A program made the translations under genes and the position numbers. This document shows, piece by piece, positions 27,260 through 39,400 of a stretch of DNA of 64,000 nt. The notes under the pieces are model-generated. The model made no database searches, had not been told where the DNA came from, and worked only from the letters and a program-made list of their open reading frames with translations. The number at the start of each line of letters is the position of its first letter. Positions within the stretch are counted from its first letter, which is position 1. This DNA comes from Lingula anatina (lineage: Eukaryota; Animalia; Brachiopoda), in the NCBI GenBank assembly GCA_051362555.1, contig CM120642.1, forward strand, positions 23,312,001-23,376,000, written 5' to 3'.

Positions 27260-30200
27260 CGGTAGAGAGTGACTAGAAGAACTGCTTTCACTGAGACTTG
27301 CCAGCAAAAGAGAATTATCCATGTAGAGACATGACCGTGAATATGATTCAAAATGAAGAATTTCTTCAGCTCATTGAATGCAATATTTTGATATACTCCA
27401 TAGAGACGAGAATGGCCACATTATAAACTTGCCCTGGTTACTTGACTAAAAGGAGACATTTATTTGATCAATGTAAAAGTATCATTCCTTGTTTGGATTG
27501 TTGTCAGTGATCTTGTTTCACTATGTCATGTCAGGGGAGAACAAACAATAAAAACTTGATTGATAACAAAGTACTGAATCATGTACCATGACACGGCCTT
27601 AGACAAACATTGTGAGAGGAATCTTTTTTGTCATGATCAATTTCGTGTATGGTGATCTTTTTTAATTTTCTTTGCATTGATGCTGTGTGTATACCTAGTT
27701 TGCTCAGTCTTGAACTGCATGGAAGATGTCAAAGCAGTAATTGATGGTACAGGTTTTATTGGACGTAATGGCCGTGGCATACCTTTTGTGAGATTTGACA
27801 AATGTTGTCTCCTTGTAAAATGTTATTTTAATTTTATAAGCAAATGCGTTTCTAATTGATGGAAAATTCTTGGAAGATGAGCTTTGCCTTGAAGTATTCT
27901 GTAAATAATGTACAAGGGCATTGTGCAGCTGAGTGAAAAAGATGGTAAGATCATGATTTACTGTCTTGTAAATTGTAAACTTATAAAATATTATAGAAAA
28001 AGGTCATTCTATATTGTGTGACAAAATATCTCTAGCTCAGCATTATATTTCTCAAAGCAATTTGGAGATGCTGGCAATTTTATGTATTTGACATGTTATA
28101 TATGGTTTGGTTGCTTATACTTTTAATGTTTCATGTATTTTATGGTGCACTTAGGATGTACATTTAATATGTCTGTGACATGTTATTTTATTTTCAAAGC
28201 ATCTTGCTGGACAATGTCAGACAGTTGGACCCAAAAATGACAAAGGACTGACAGTTAAATAGGTGAAAGTTGTAAAAACTGAAAATGCTGAAAATGTAGC
28301 TTGCAATTTCTCACGATATGAAAAAAATGATCAAAATGAAGACTGTAAATCCTGATATCGGGCATAATCTTGAAAACTTTCACCCATGCAGTTACCATTA
28401 ACAAACTGCATGCAGTCCAAATAATACTAGATCTCATGTACTTAAACTTGAAAGTTTCAGTTCACTTAGATTCATAGTATAGTATAGTAAAGTATAGTAT
28501 GCCTTCTTTGCCTTAAATTGACCAAAGTCTATGCCAAAAAAATCCAAGGAGTAGTAGGCTGGACATTCTTCATTCAAAAGGTCAGAGGCAACAAAAGTTG
28601 AGCTTAATCATTTTTTCCATCACTTCTACCCGAGTCATGGATGTCATCAAGTCAGCAGAGTAGTTGTGTGAAAGGGAAACAGGTATACTTAACTATACTA
28701 TGAAACTATACAAAATGAAACTTTTTTTTTAAATTAAAAATGCATCCAGCAGTGTGATTTGCTTGCATGATTGAAGACCGTCCTTGCAAAATGTTACACA
28801 GGCAGTGGAAGGCAGTGTGATATATCAAGCCAACTGAGCATTCTATCTTGTCAGGTGACACTCCTGTAAGTTAGTATCTGCTGTACCTGGAAGGGGGACA
28901 TGGTGGGTTATGAAACGGAGAAAAAATGCTGTGGTAGTGAACACAATGAGTATGTCACACCTAACCCACTGCTTGGGGTTTTGACTATTTATATATTCCC
29001 ATTCAAACAGTGTGTGTATCTGGATCGCTTTGGCAAATCCATCATGCTACAACTGAATTAGAATATAATTACAAGGGATAGCTCTATTGTTACATTAGAT
29101 GTGTGACTAATTGGGAATTTTGAAAAAATGCTATCATTTATAAAGTGATTAAATTTATATTAGGGGTTAAAGCATACTAAGTACAAAGGCCACTTCCTGT
29201 TGAACATATCTGAGGACAAGTTATTTATACCTTTTGATCATATTTTGACAGATTAATATTTTAAAATAAAATCCACAACCACCTGTCAACCATTTTGACA
29301 GTTTCAAAACGTGCTGAAACCAGAAGTCAGTGCAAGAATTGAGTTGGAGGTGATGGTGGAATGTGAAACACCATCTCTTAGGTGTGGGTGAAGGGTTCCT
29401 TTTCCCCTAAGTAATTCAATTTGTTGCAAGGGTCAGGAAAATACCATTTACGACAGAAAAACTTATTATTGTGATCTTGTTTCTGGCTTGAAAATCTTGC
29501 ACTGTGCACCTTCAAATTTGCTCCTGGATTTATTGAAGAAGCCCAATAGATCAGCTCCAGCTCAAAAGGCTCTTCTGAGAGGTATGCGAAATGGAAGATT
29601 GGTCATTGACTCCCTGATAGATTATTTACCTGCTTACTTGCAGGTTACTCTTTTTTATATACAGACACTTTTGGACTACTTTGTTGCTACATACATATCA
29701 TAGTACCAAAGTGCCATTTGTACTTATAATTCCATAGTAATTTGAACATCAAATTCATCAGCATGTTTATTTTTTTCTGATACTTTAAGTAATTTCTATT
29801 TAAAACAATTATCATTTTTCTTGAAGAGGAACTGTTTTCATGTGATATATCACATTTTCAATTTCTTGTAAGTTATAGGTAGATACAGGATACACTGATG
29901 TGCATGACACGTTTTGAATATTAGCAAGAGCAGAAATATGTTGACCTGTGCTGTTTTTGTGAATGTGTCAGTGACAAAACAATCATGCCTCAGAGTGCAG
30001 ACCTATACTTCTGTAAGTGATTTCCTTTCATTTTCTCCTGTTCTCTTTTGTTGCATTGCACTAATACTACAAACTGTGAATCATGGATAGTTAGAACTTA
30101 TTTATTTCTGGAAGCAGTGCTTTTGTAAGAATATGTGTGAGTGGCTTTTGGATTTTTTTTTTTTACTTCGTATAAATACGGAAGTAAAGCCTAAAACTAC

Positions 30201-30263
30201 TTTGTAACTTTTTTGATATTGTTATAGCTGTAACAATTTGAAGTAATGTTCATGTAAAAAAGG

Positions 30264-30269
30264 AATAAA
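30264..30269 (+). terminator. Candidate polyadenylation signal of the C1orf21-like gene (implies a ~3 kb 3' UTR)
   Basis: AATAAA at the end of a long U-rich UTR-like stretch. Other AATAAA copies occur earlier and later. Confidence 0.35.
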
Positions 30270-30845
30270 AATGAACTTGAAAGTATTAGCTTTCCCTCTT
30301 GTAAAATTAATTAATGTGAAAATATCTATATATACGAATTATTTAAGATGGTTATAAGTTCATTTGAAATGACAATTTTAATTTGGGCAAATCTAAAAGC
30401 TAGGTCATAATTACATGATTGGATGTTGGCCCAGATAAGAAAGTTACCTTTTGGTAATTTTTGTCAACAGAGAAAAATACATTTCTGGTTCAATCTTCCT
30501 CTCTTCTTAAAATCCCTGTGAATAATTATAATACCAGAAAGTAAATACTAGGGAATTGTTAAGATATGATTGACTTACATTTTACACGTAAAACCTGCTG
30601 TAGAGCAATAAAATAAGCCCAAAATTTCAAAGGAGATTAGAAACTTACCTGTCTACTATCTGGATCCCTTCCCTTTCCAGTATGTTTCTACTTAATCAGA
30701 GGTTACTTAATACTCCCATGGGCTGATCATAGAGATTAGTTTCCAGTAATTTCTGAAACTTGCTGTGTAAATTAGGTAAAACTTTGTAACAGTTAGAATG
30801 GAAGTTCTACAGATATCTCAAGACTTCATTTTTAGAAGATAAATA

Positions 30846-30896
30846 TTTATTGGCAATGTGATGGAATTGAATGCATAACAACTTACTGCATTTATT
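30846..30896 (-). terminator. Candidate polyadenylation signals of FKBP15
   Basis: tttatt at 30846-30851 and 30891-30896 (AATAAA on -), about 530-575 nt after the stop codon. Confidence 0.45.
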
Positions 30897-31420
30897 TCTA
30901 ATATTTTTATATAATTATCTTTTTTACACAGGTCAACTCAAACATCACCCTGCACCGTTATAAATTTTCATGATTAAAAATCTTGTATCATCCTTGATCA
31001 AAGACTTCTGTTTAAGTTTTCTCTTTAATAGCCCATCAAAACAATTTTTTTGTAAAAACTTCACTGTTGGCCAATTCTTCTGAAATAATGCCAACAAAAA
31101 ATTAATAAAGTTCAGCTTGTTTATCATTTAACTGAAGTGCAGATTGTCTTGATCATTTTTGGTGTCATTCCCACACAAATAAAGTTCAATATTTGACATT
31201 AGCCTACTTACTTTTACAACTCATGTTCAGGCATTACAATTATAACATTGTTTCCGGAAATAAGACTCATCAATTTAAGTCAAATTTAAGAAGAGATAAC
31301 AGAATTGCTTCGCCGATACAATACATTTAAATTATGGGACTAAATAATGATCAAAATGACTGCAAACTTTTCATTAGAGCATGATTTAATCTCTAAATTT
31401 TGCTTAAAGGTGAGCTGTCA

Positions 31421-34400
31421 TCAACTCAGCCAATCCAAATCATCGTCATCGTCTTCGTCACCAAACAGAGGCGGCGGCTTGTCTTTTGTGGGATCCTGTA
31501 AATATAAAGATGCAGTCATTGTTGTTGTTTTCTTTGGTGTTTAAATAAGAGGGCAACAGCATGCTTACAAGGTTAACCAGGTCTAAAACTACATTTCTGA
31601 TATGAGCATTCCTGATAATTAGATCAGATACCTAGGCAAAGTTTTATACGATATATTAAAATCCATAACATTACCTTGACTGTCAAAACCAAATTTGTTT
31701 TTGATAAATATACTATGATTATTTCAAAATGCTTAAAGCTGTTATTTAATAAGCTACTTTGCTCTGTCACAATCACTTAATGATCGATCCCCAAAACATC
31801 CTTCTCATCTTCTAATATTAGAAAAATTAAATGCACCATTGTAAATTTCACACACAGGTTTTTATCTAAAGAAGCAGGGCTGGTATACAATGTGTGTTAA
31901 ACTTAAACTTCAGCAATTCTAATTTTATCAAGTTATATCCTGTCCAAAACTGTTGAGAAAATCATGACGAATAAACCCATTTTTGTGTTCTAAATTTCAA
32001 TTTTAACTGTATCATGGTGTCAATAATTGGCCAGCATCCACCTCTACTAAAAGACTGATTCAAATACTAAGAGGTCACAAACAACTTTTATGGTTTGTGA
32101 TTCTGTAAACGGTTTTAGATATGTTATAGCCTGGTAATCAAAGGAAAAGTGATGAAATTTGTGGGGAAAATTATTATTTATTTCTTTTTAATTTGTTTTA
32201 ACATTTACTATGTTCCCTAAAGCTGCCTAAGAGTGCAGCATGTAACTCACAATCTCTTCTTCTTCCTTCTTTGCCACTGCCACTTTCTTTTCAGCCTCCG
32301 GCTCTGTAGGCACAGCAAACCCAAACAAGTCATCGTCATCCTCATCATCGCCCCCAAACAAAGAACTGAAGATTGAATAAAATATTGCAATAAATGACTA
32401 TTTTTTTTTCAGAACTTATAATTATTTTTTATGTTTTGTGTTCATGTGTGTTCAATGTCACTACAAGGCATATTCCACTCACTTAAATTCAAAGCAAAAT
32501 TCCAACCCTTCATTAAAAGACCTTGGTCTCATGCAGAAGTTATTGGGTAAAAGCATGGTTAATCTCTTTACACAAGAGGCGATGAAACATATTTTGTTAT
32601 ATCTTTTATGTTGTCTAAACACCAGAACAGAACATCAGTCATACTAAGCAGAAAACTGTCTGACAGGCAGGTTTTGTGTGAGATAATACACTGAGTGATA
32701 TATATATATATATATATATGCCAGAACACCTCAAGGGTCATCATGAAGTGTTCAAGGCATTTATTAGAGAGAGTGGCAGTTTTTTTTTTTTTTTTTTTTT
32801 TTGACAACATACTGAAAGAAAAATACTTGCATTTCACTGAAAAGCACCCAAATTTTTGTTACAACTTTTTAAGAATAACTAAGTAGGTAAAATGCTAGCA
32901 TTCTGTTCTGTTCCTTAATTAATGAAATTACTTTCAGCTGAAGCAGTCTTTCTCTCACCTGTTCATAGGGGGCGGCATTGGTCTATCATCAATGTCTGCC
33001 TCTGTGCTCTCTTGGCTCACTGCTTGCTGCACCATGTCTTTTAATGAAGCTAAACAATTAAAAAATAATAACAATATAAATCTTGTCTGATTTGAATAGA
33101 GAGGGGGCATTTCTTTAAAAATAAAACAAAAATGAACTGTGAATTTTTTCCTTTTACTTCAGCAAATGTACTAAGTGTTTATATTTCACATAGATAAATA
33201 AAAAATAAATGTAAAAAAAATTTGAAGTGAGCAAAAGTCCAATTTTGAGCTTTGAGATGGGTTACTTAAAACTTTAAATAATTTAAATATTTTTAAAATG
33301 ACAATATACCTACAAGTCTATCCAAAAATGTCTAACCTAATAACTTAAGCACAAGAGTCTTTGACAATCATCATTCCCAAGAACTTAACAATATAAGACT
33401 ATATGGCAGGTCCTGTATGGCTATGCAGTTTTTGACATAATTTCCCTACAGCTCCATCACAGGCCTATGGCAATTACTAAGACAAAATAACCACATACAC
33501 TGTATATGGTAAATATCTTCAAAATAGTACGAGTCCCTACCCTGTGGTTCTTCTTGTTCAGCAGCAGTCTCCATGCCATTAGAGAGAGGATCTGTATTGT
33601 CGGGACTTTCTCCTGGAAGCTCTGGGGGTTCTTCATCTGAAAAACGATCAAGTAAGAAAACATGGTCATTCTAACATAAAAGTACATTACTTTCCCATCT
33701 CTGTGAAGACTGTTTAACAATACCCACTACCAGGAACATAGATGGTCTTTTTTATTAGATACTAGTATCTACGCCTGTCTCTAACTAATATAATTCTATA
33801 TGCTGTTTTTGTACTGCAAGAATTCATGGATGGACAGTCATCAGTAAGCTGGCCTATCATACTAGTATAGTACAAGTAGTTTAACTAAACCTTATAGCAC
33901 TGTTCAGACTTCAGTGAATGGGCCTAATATATTATATTGTACTAAATAAATATTACCTTCAGCATCTGGGACAACTGGCGGTTGCTCATGATATGAATTT
34001 TTCACTTCTTGGATATGATCTAAAACAAATGGTAGTAAGCCCCATTCATACTTTGTGGTACAAAAACATATATTATATACAACAACTTGGGGTTCTGATT
34101 TTGTTAAAATAGGATTACTGATAAGGCAAAAAATTATTCAAATTAATCTAAGAGATATTTCAGACAGATTACCTTCTTTAACTACTTCACTTACCACCAT
34201 TTTCCACTGGACTGTTATCTGTTATTTCCTCCTTTTCTACAACATTGTTCTCTTCCATTCCATTAGTTAAGACATCACTATCAGTTTTTCTGTCGTTGTC
34301 TGCCCTTATATGGGCTGTAGAGTCACCACCACTAGAGGGAGCTGGTGAATCAGTCTCACTAGAGGGCACTTCAGTAGTATTAGAACTAGGTGTCTGTGTG

Positions 34401-36385
34401 TCACTATCACTAGGAAATGTCTGTGACTCACTGCCACTAGAGGGCTCCAGAATCACTTCAGGTTCTGGGTGGTCTTCTGATGTCTTGCTAAGTGAAGCTG
34501 GTGTGGCATCTTGGTTTGGTATGGCACTTTCTGACTTAATATTTTCCTGTGAATCTTCTTTCTGATTAGTTTGTTCACTTTTTAAGTCTTTTTCTTCATC
34601 TTCTTCTTCCTCTTCTTCTTCTTCCTCTTCTTCTTCATCTTCCTCCTCCTCTTCCTCGTCCTCCTCATCTTCAGATTCTTCTTCTTCTTCATCTTCTTCA
34701 TTTTCCTTCTGTCTAGCTTGCAGTTTCAGAGTTACATTCTGGAAAAAAATCAATTAAAAATTTAAATCTGTAAAACTATTTCTGCTCCTAATAATATGTC
34801 AGTGTATAGGATGTCAACGTGTCAATGAACTTAACTAAGTAGTGCAGGTTCATATATTTAAAACTGGAAATACAGTGTTCAGAATTCATTTGATGGTCAT
34901 AAGAAGCTAATGGTACTGAATACACTGGACAGCATAGTCAAATGCTCTTTGGAAAACTTGACATGTAATCTGTACAGTATCTGCTTCATTAATAAAGACG
35001 AAGCATGATTTTTACTAGTGCAGTGCTATGGAAGTGTACCTTGATAGCATTTACTAAGCTGGCCAGTATGTCTTTCCCTAAGTAGGACTGGTCAACTTGG
35101 AACTCAGCCCGCAGCATGTGGTACACAGAGTTCATTATCTTCTTTACCTGCAAAAAGAAAAAAAAAATAATGTTTTACTTGGAATCTGGCCTAAATAAAT
35201 AAATTATACAAATTCAATGACATGCTGATCGCTGTAGAATACGTTTGCTTCAAAACATTGTGCTTGCATGCTTATGATATTAAAGAAATGCCGTTATATT
35301 AATGAGAACTCTAGAATAAAATTATGCCAGGCAATTCAACAGTAGACAGCTGCCTGGATAAGGTAAGCTGAGGTGTCAATCATAAACCAAAGTAAAGCAC
35401 CCTAAGTTAGCCACATTCCTCCAATTATTCTAAGGAGAAATTGTACTTTTTTAACAACAATGCTATAAACAGACATAGGTCAAGCTTAAATATAGAAAGC
35501 TGTAGGTCTATTGTAAATGTTCTTACTTCTGTCAATAAAACTTCAGGAGAAACATTTCCACTTGCAGCGGGGGCACCAACAGTGGCAGCAGGGGCTGCGG
35601 CTTTCTCTTCTGCTTCCTCAGCCCTGGTGACAGCCTCTTCTTTCTCCGTGTTCAGCTCCTCTATCCTGCTTTCATATCTCTGTTTCATACTGATGGCTTG
35701 GGCATGCAGGGCTTCATACTGATGATACATGTATATAAACCAAGTCACAAACAGGGTTAAGCAAGTAATAAAAAGGGTTTTTATTATCAATGATTTATAT
35801 TCCTTAATACAAATCCTCAATATTAAAAGGCTTTGATTAGAATTATAAAATATTGATAAGAATTATAAAATAGACAAGCAGGTGGTATGAATCAAATCTG
35901 CACTCCTGAGAAACATAAAAATATGGTTTAAAAACTAGTATGCTAGTTTAATAGTTGAGAAAGGAGATGCCTTTAGTTCAAATTTTCATGGAATGACAAA
36001 ATACCTTTTCTTTCCAAACCTTCAAGTCTTCTACTTGTTCTTGTAGATCAGACAATTGTTTATCACTGTCTCCTCGGGAGTTTTTCAATGTTAAAAGCTA
36101 CAACAAAAGCAAAAAATTCTAGTTACACTTAATCTAAAAGCTAATTTCAACTGGTACTTAAAAGATTAGTATTGCATGTACTATGGCAATGCTTCACTTT
36201 TAATTAATCTATTCTATATTTAACTCCTCCGAATATCAAATAAATATTTTTTGGGTAAAAGAGATTAAAAGGTCATGGGGAAGATATGTTATAAACCTGT
36301 TGTGTTTTAACCTCAGTAAATAAACTTTTACTACTATTCCTGCTACTATTACTACTTGTACTGCTACTATTTCTACTTGTACTAC

Positions 36386-36442
<57 letters not shown>

Positions 36443-39400
36443 GGGGTGGATCATGGCCCACATACTTTTGTCTGCAGCTCTTGCACTGTGTTCTCCAGCT
36501 GTTGTTTTTCTTCCTTTACCTCTAGCAAGGCTCTGGCATGTTTATCATTGGCCTGAGACACCAGCCTGTCACACTTCTGTTGCCATTCTTGTGTTAATTC
36601 CTGTTCTACTTGAGCAACCTGCAAAGAATATCAATATTCTGTGGGGACACACACAAGCACACAAAAGCCTTTCCCATGTTCTATCTTATCCACTTGGAGA
36701 TTGTATTCACAATCAGACTTACTAATACCAGCCACTGCCTGTTAAACTTTTATGAGGAAACTGCATTAATATCCTGCTGTAACATTACAACACCTTATTC
36801 TTCTAAATATTTGTTATTCATATAATGATATTTTTGTGTAGATTAGAAATATTACCTGTTCAGCAGCAACGTTGTCTGTAGAAGATTTCTGTTTTCTTAA
36901 CCGATCCTTCAGAATCTGAATTTCACTCTGGAATTCAAAGATCAAAACATTCATTTTTAGACATGACTTCTTTCATTATTTTTACTATTTTAGCATGCTA
37001 GATATACAGAGTATCTGTTAAACACTTGAATTCAGGAAGCTACAAAATGTACATCATATTACTATATTTTGTATCTATGTGAGATTTATATTAAAGTCCT
37101 GGGTGAAAAATGCTTCAAAAAGGACCTTTAGTTAAAAGATCTGTTCAGACCAGGTACTTAAAGTCCTCTTTGAGATACTGGTTTGTAAGTTTCGGTCCAA
37201 GAACTCTTGGTCGGATCAGTCCTCATAACTCACCTCATATTGCGATTTAACTTCCTCCAATTCTTCCTCAAATCTTTTCTTTTCTTCTAAAGCTTTCTTC
37301 TTCCTGTCACTTGCAGACTATTTAAAAAGTCAAGTATGCATGAATGGAGTGATTTGAGAAATTTGTTGCCTTGAAATCGGCAAACCTTAAAGACGATAAG
37401 TATCTGAAATTTGTAACTACAGAAAGAATGGGGAAATAATAAATATCACCAAATAGATCTATTAAAATTCTCTTAAATGAACTCGATACTATCAAACCTA
37501 CAGTTTCATACCTTTTCTAGACTTTCATTGGAAGTCTTCAACTCTGCCATCTCCTCCTCCAGCAGTGACAACTTGTTCTCCAACGTCTTCTTCATCTGTT
37601 TTTCTTCTTTCCAACTTGAGTTGAGCTGTTCAATCTTCTTTTCATTTTCTGAAATCAAAATATCATTTTTATATTTCCTACAACTGTAACACAACAAAGT
37701 TAAGATCAAGGAATTTCACACAGTGGTTAGATTAGTCAGAAAGGCTTTAGGCAAAAGTAAGAAATTACAAAAGTATGCATATAATCTATAGAAAAAAAAG
37801 ACAAAAGGAGACAATGTAGTCATAGTAAACTGCTGTAAACAGAAGAATCTTGCTGCAGTCTTGATCATTTTGAAGACTTATCACACTTCATAGGTAACCC
37901 TTATACTGTTTTAATATTTACAAAATAATGCAAGTCCCACTGGGGTAACAATATCTATAATAACATGATCCACCCAAAAGTACCAGAAAAAGTCCTGAAG
38001 AAAGATTCTCAAGAGAAACAGTTAATCTACATGGAAATGTGTGCTGACCTACAGCCCTGCGCGCGCGCGTACGCGCGTGTGCGTGTGTGCTCTGCACATG
38101 CATGCCAGCACCTCAAGGACCAACTTAGCACCCTGTATACCTGACTGCTGCATCCTCAGGTGATCCAGGTCATCCTTTTGGTGCTGGCCATCTGCCAGAG
38201 ATGTAGACAACTGGTGCCTCACTTCAACTTCTTTCTTCCTCAGAGAGTTCATCTCCAGCTGCAGGGTGCTGATCTGTGCTGTGGCCGCACTCAATTCTGT
38301 GGTGAGCTGCACCTGAAATATAGGTGGAAATGATGGATAAAACAATGAAAACAGTCTCCATACATATTGTATATTGCAAGATAATCATTATATTTGGGTC
38401 TGCTATGCAAAGATGTTTACATTTACAACAATTTTAAATGATACATATATTACTAAGGCACACTAAGTTATTAGACATACCATACCATTCTTACAGATCT
38501 TATTTTATTAAAATTATAAGGCTTTTCCAAATCTTTGTATAAGAACACCAGTCATAGTCTGGTGACAATGTGATCAACTAATACAAATCCAGACTGGAAA
38601 CAATAAACAAGGCAGCAAAGCTGTCAAATGTACAGACAAAAAAACAGAAAAAAAAGATGCAATATAGGTCATTTTGTCAATTTTGATGCAACAATATATG
38701 CTTATAATAGCACAGTCAGTCAACAATGATTTTTAATCATGCACAACAGGTAACATGGTCAATAACAGGAGCAGATCCAGAGATATTTTCTGACAGTATT
38801 CCAAAGTATCTTTGTTGATCCATCCTCCATTTTGATGGTCTTCCAACAGAAACCCGTAAATATAAACTTTAAAATCTGCCCGTCTTCCAGGAGACCCAGA
38901 AAATGGTCTCAATCAATCCCCTTCAATAAGATTACAGTTTCAGGACCATGAGAGTTAAAATTCACATGATGAAAGTCCCAATATATGAAAAATGATGACA
39001 GTGCATAAAATAATATTACAGCGTGTTTAAAGACATAAATACCAATACAACTGCTTATGTGGAAATACTGAAAATGTGCAGAGCCTCAGGTGGATGGGAG
39101 TTAAAAATCACATCTTAAAAATGCCAGTGTTGGAGAAAAAATTAAAAAGAAAACAACAAAAATACAATTCCAATGAAGCTGCTATTCACTGCTTCCTTAT
39201 TATGGACACTATGTTATCTAGCAGAGAGCTTAACCTTTGTTTCTTTCCTGTAAGTGTGAGAAGAGCAAGTGACATGGTTTTCCTTTCACCGCCACTATGG
39301 AGGCAGTGCCCAGAATAGGGTTTTGTTCAATTTTGATGCAATATTACACAATGCTTAACAGCATAATAACCATAAATTTTTTAATAATAAAATAAAAGTA

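Noticed and set aside
27257-27265. Leaky stop context TGA-CGG in the C1orf21-like gene
   Set aside because: Readthrough would add only two residues before TAG, and nothing else supports it.
34245-34565. 106-aa + strand ORF, and similar ones at 35441-35722 and 36453-36725
   Set aside because: Antisense shadows of FKBP15 exons.
37116-37228. Hammerhead-like string on - (ctgatccgaccaagagttcttggaccgaaac) beside an imperfect inverted repeat
   Set aside because: The core is not CUGANGA and I found no stems I/III or cleavage triplet; more likely a decayed MITE fragment.
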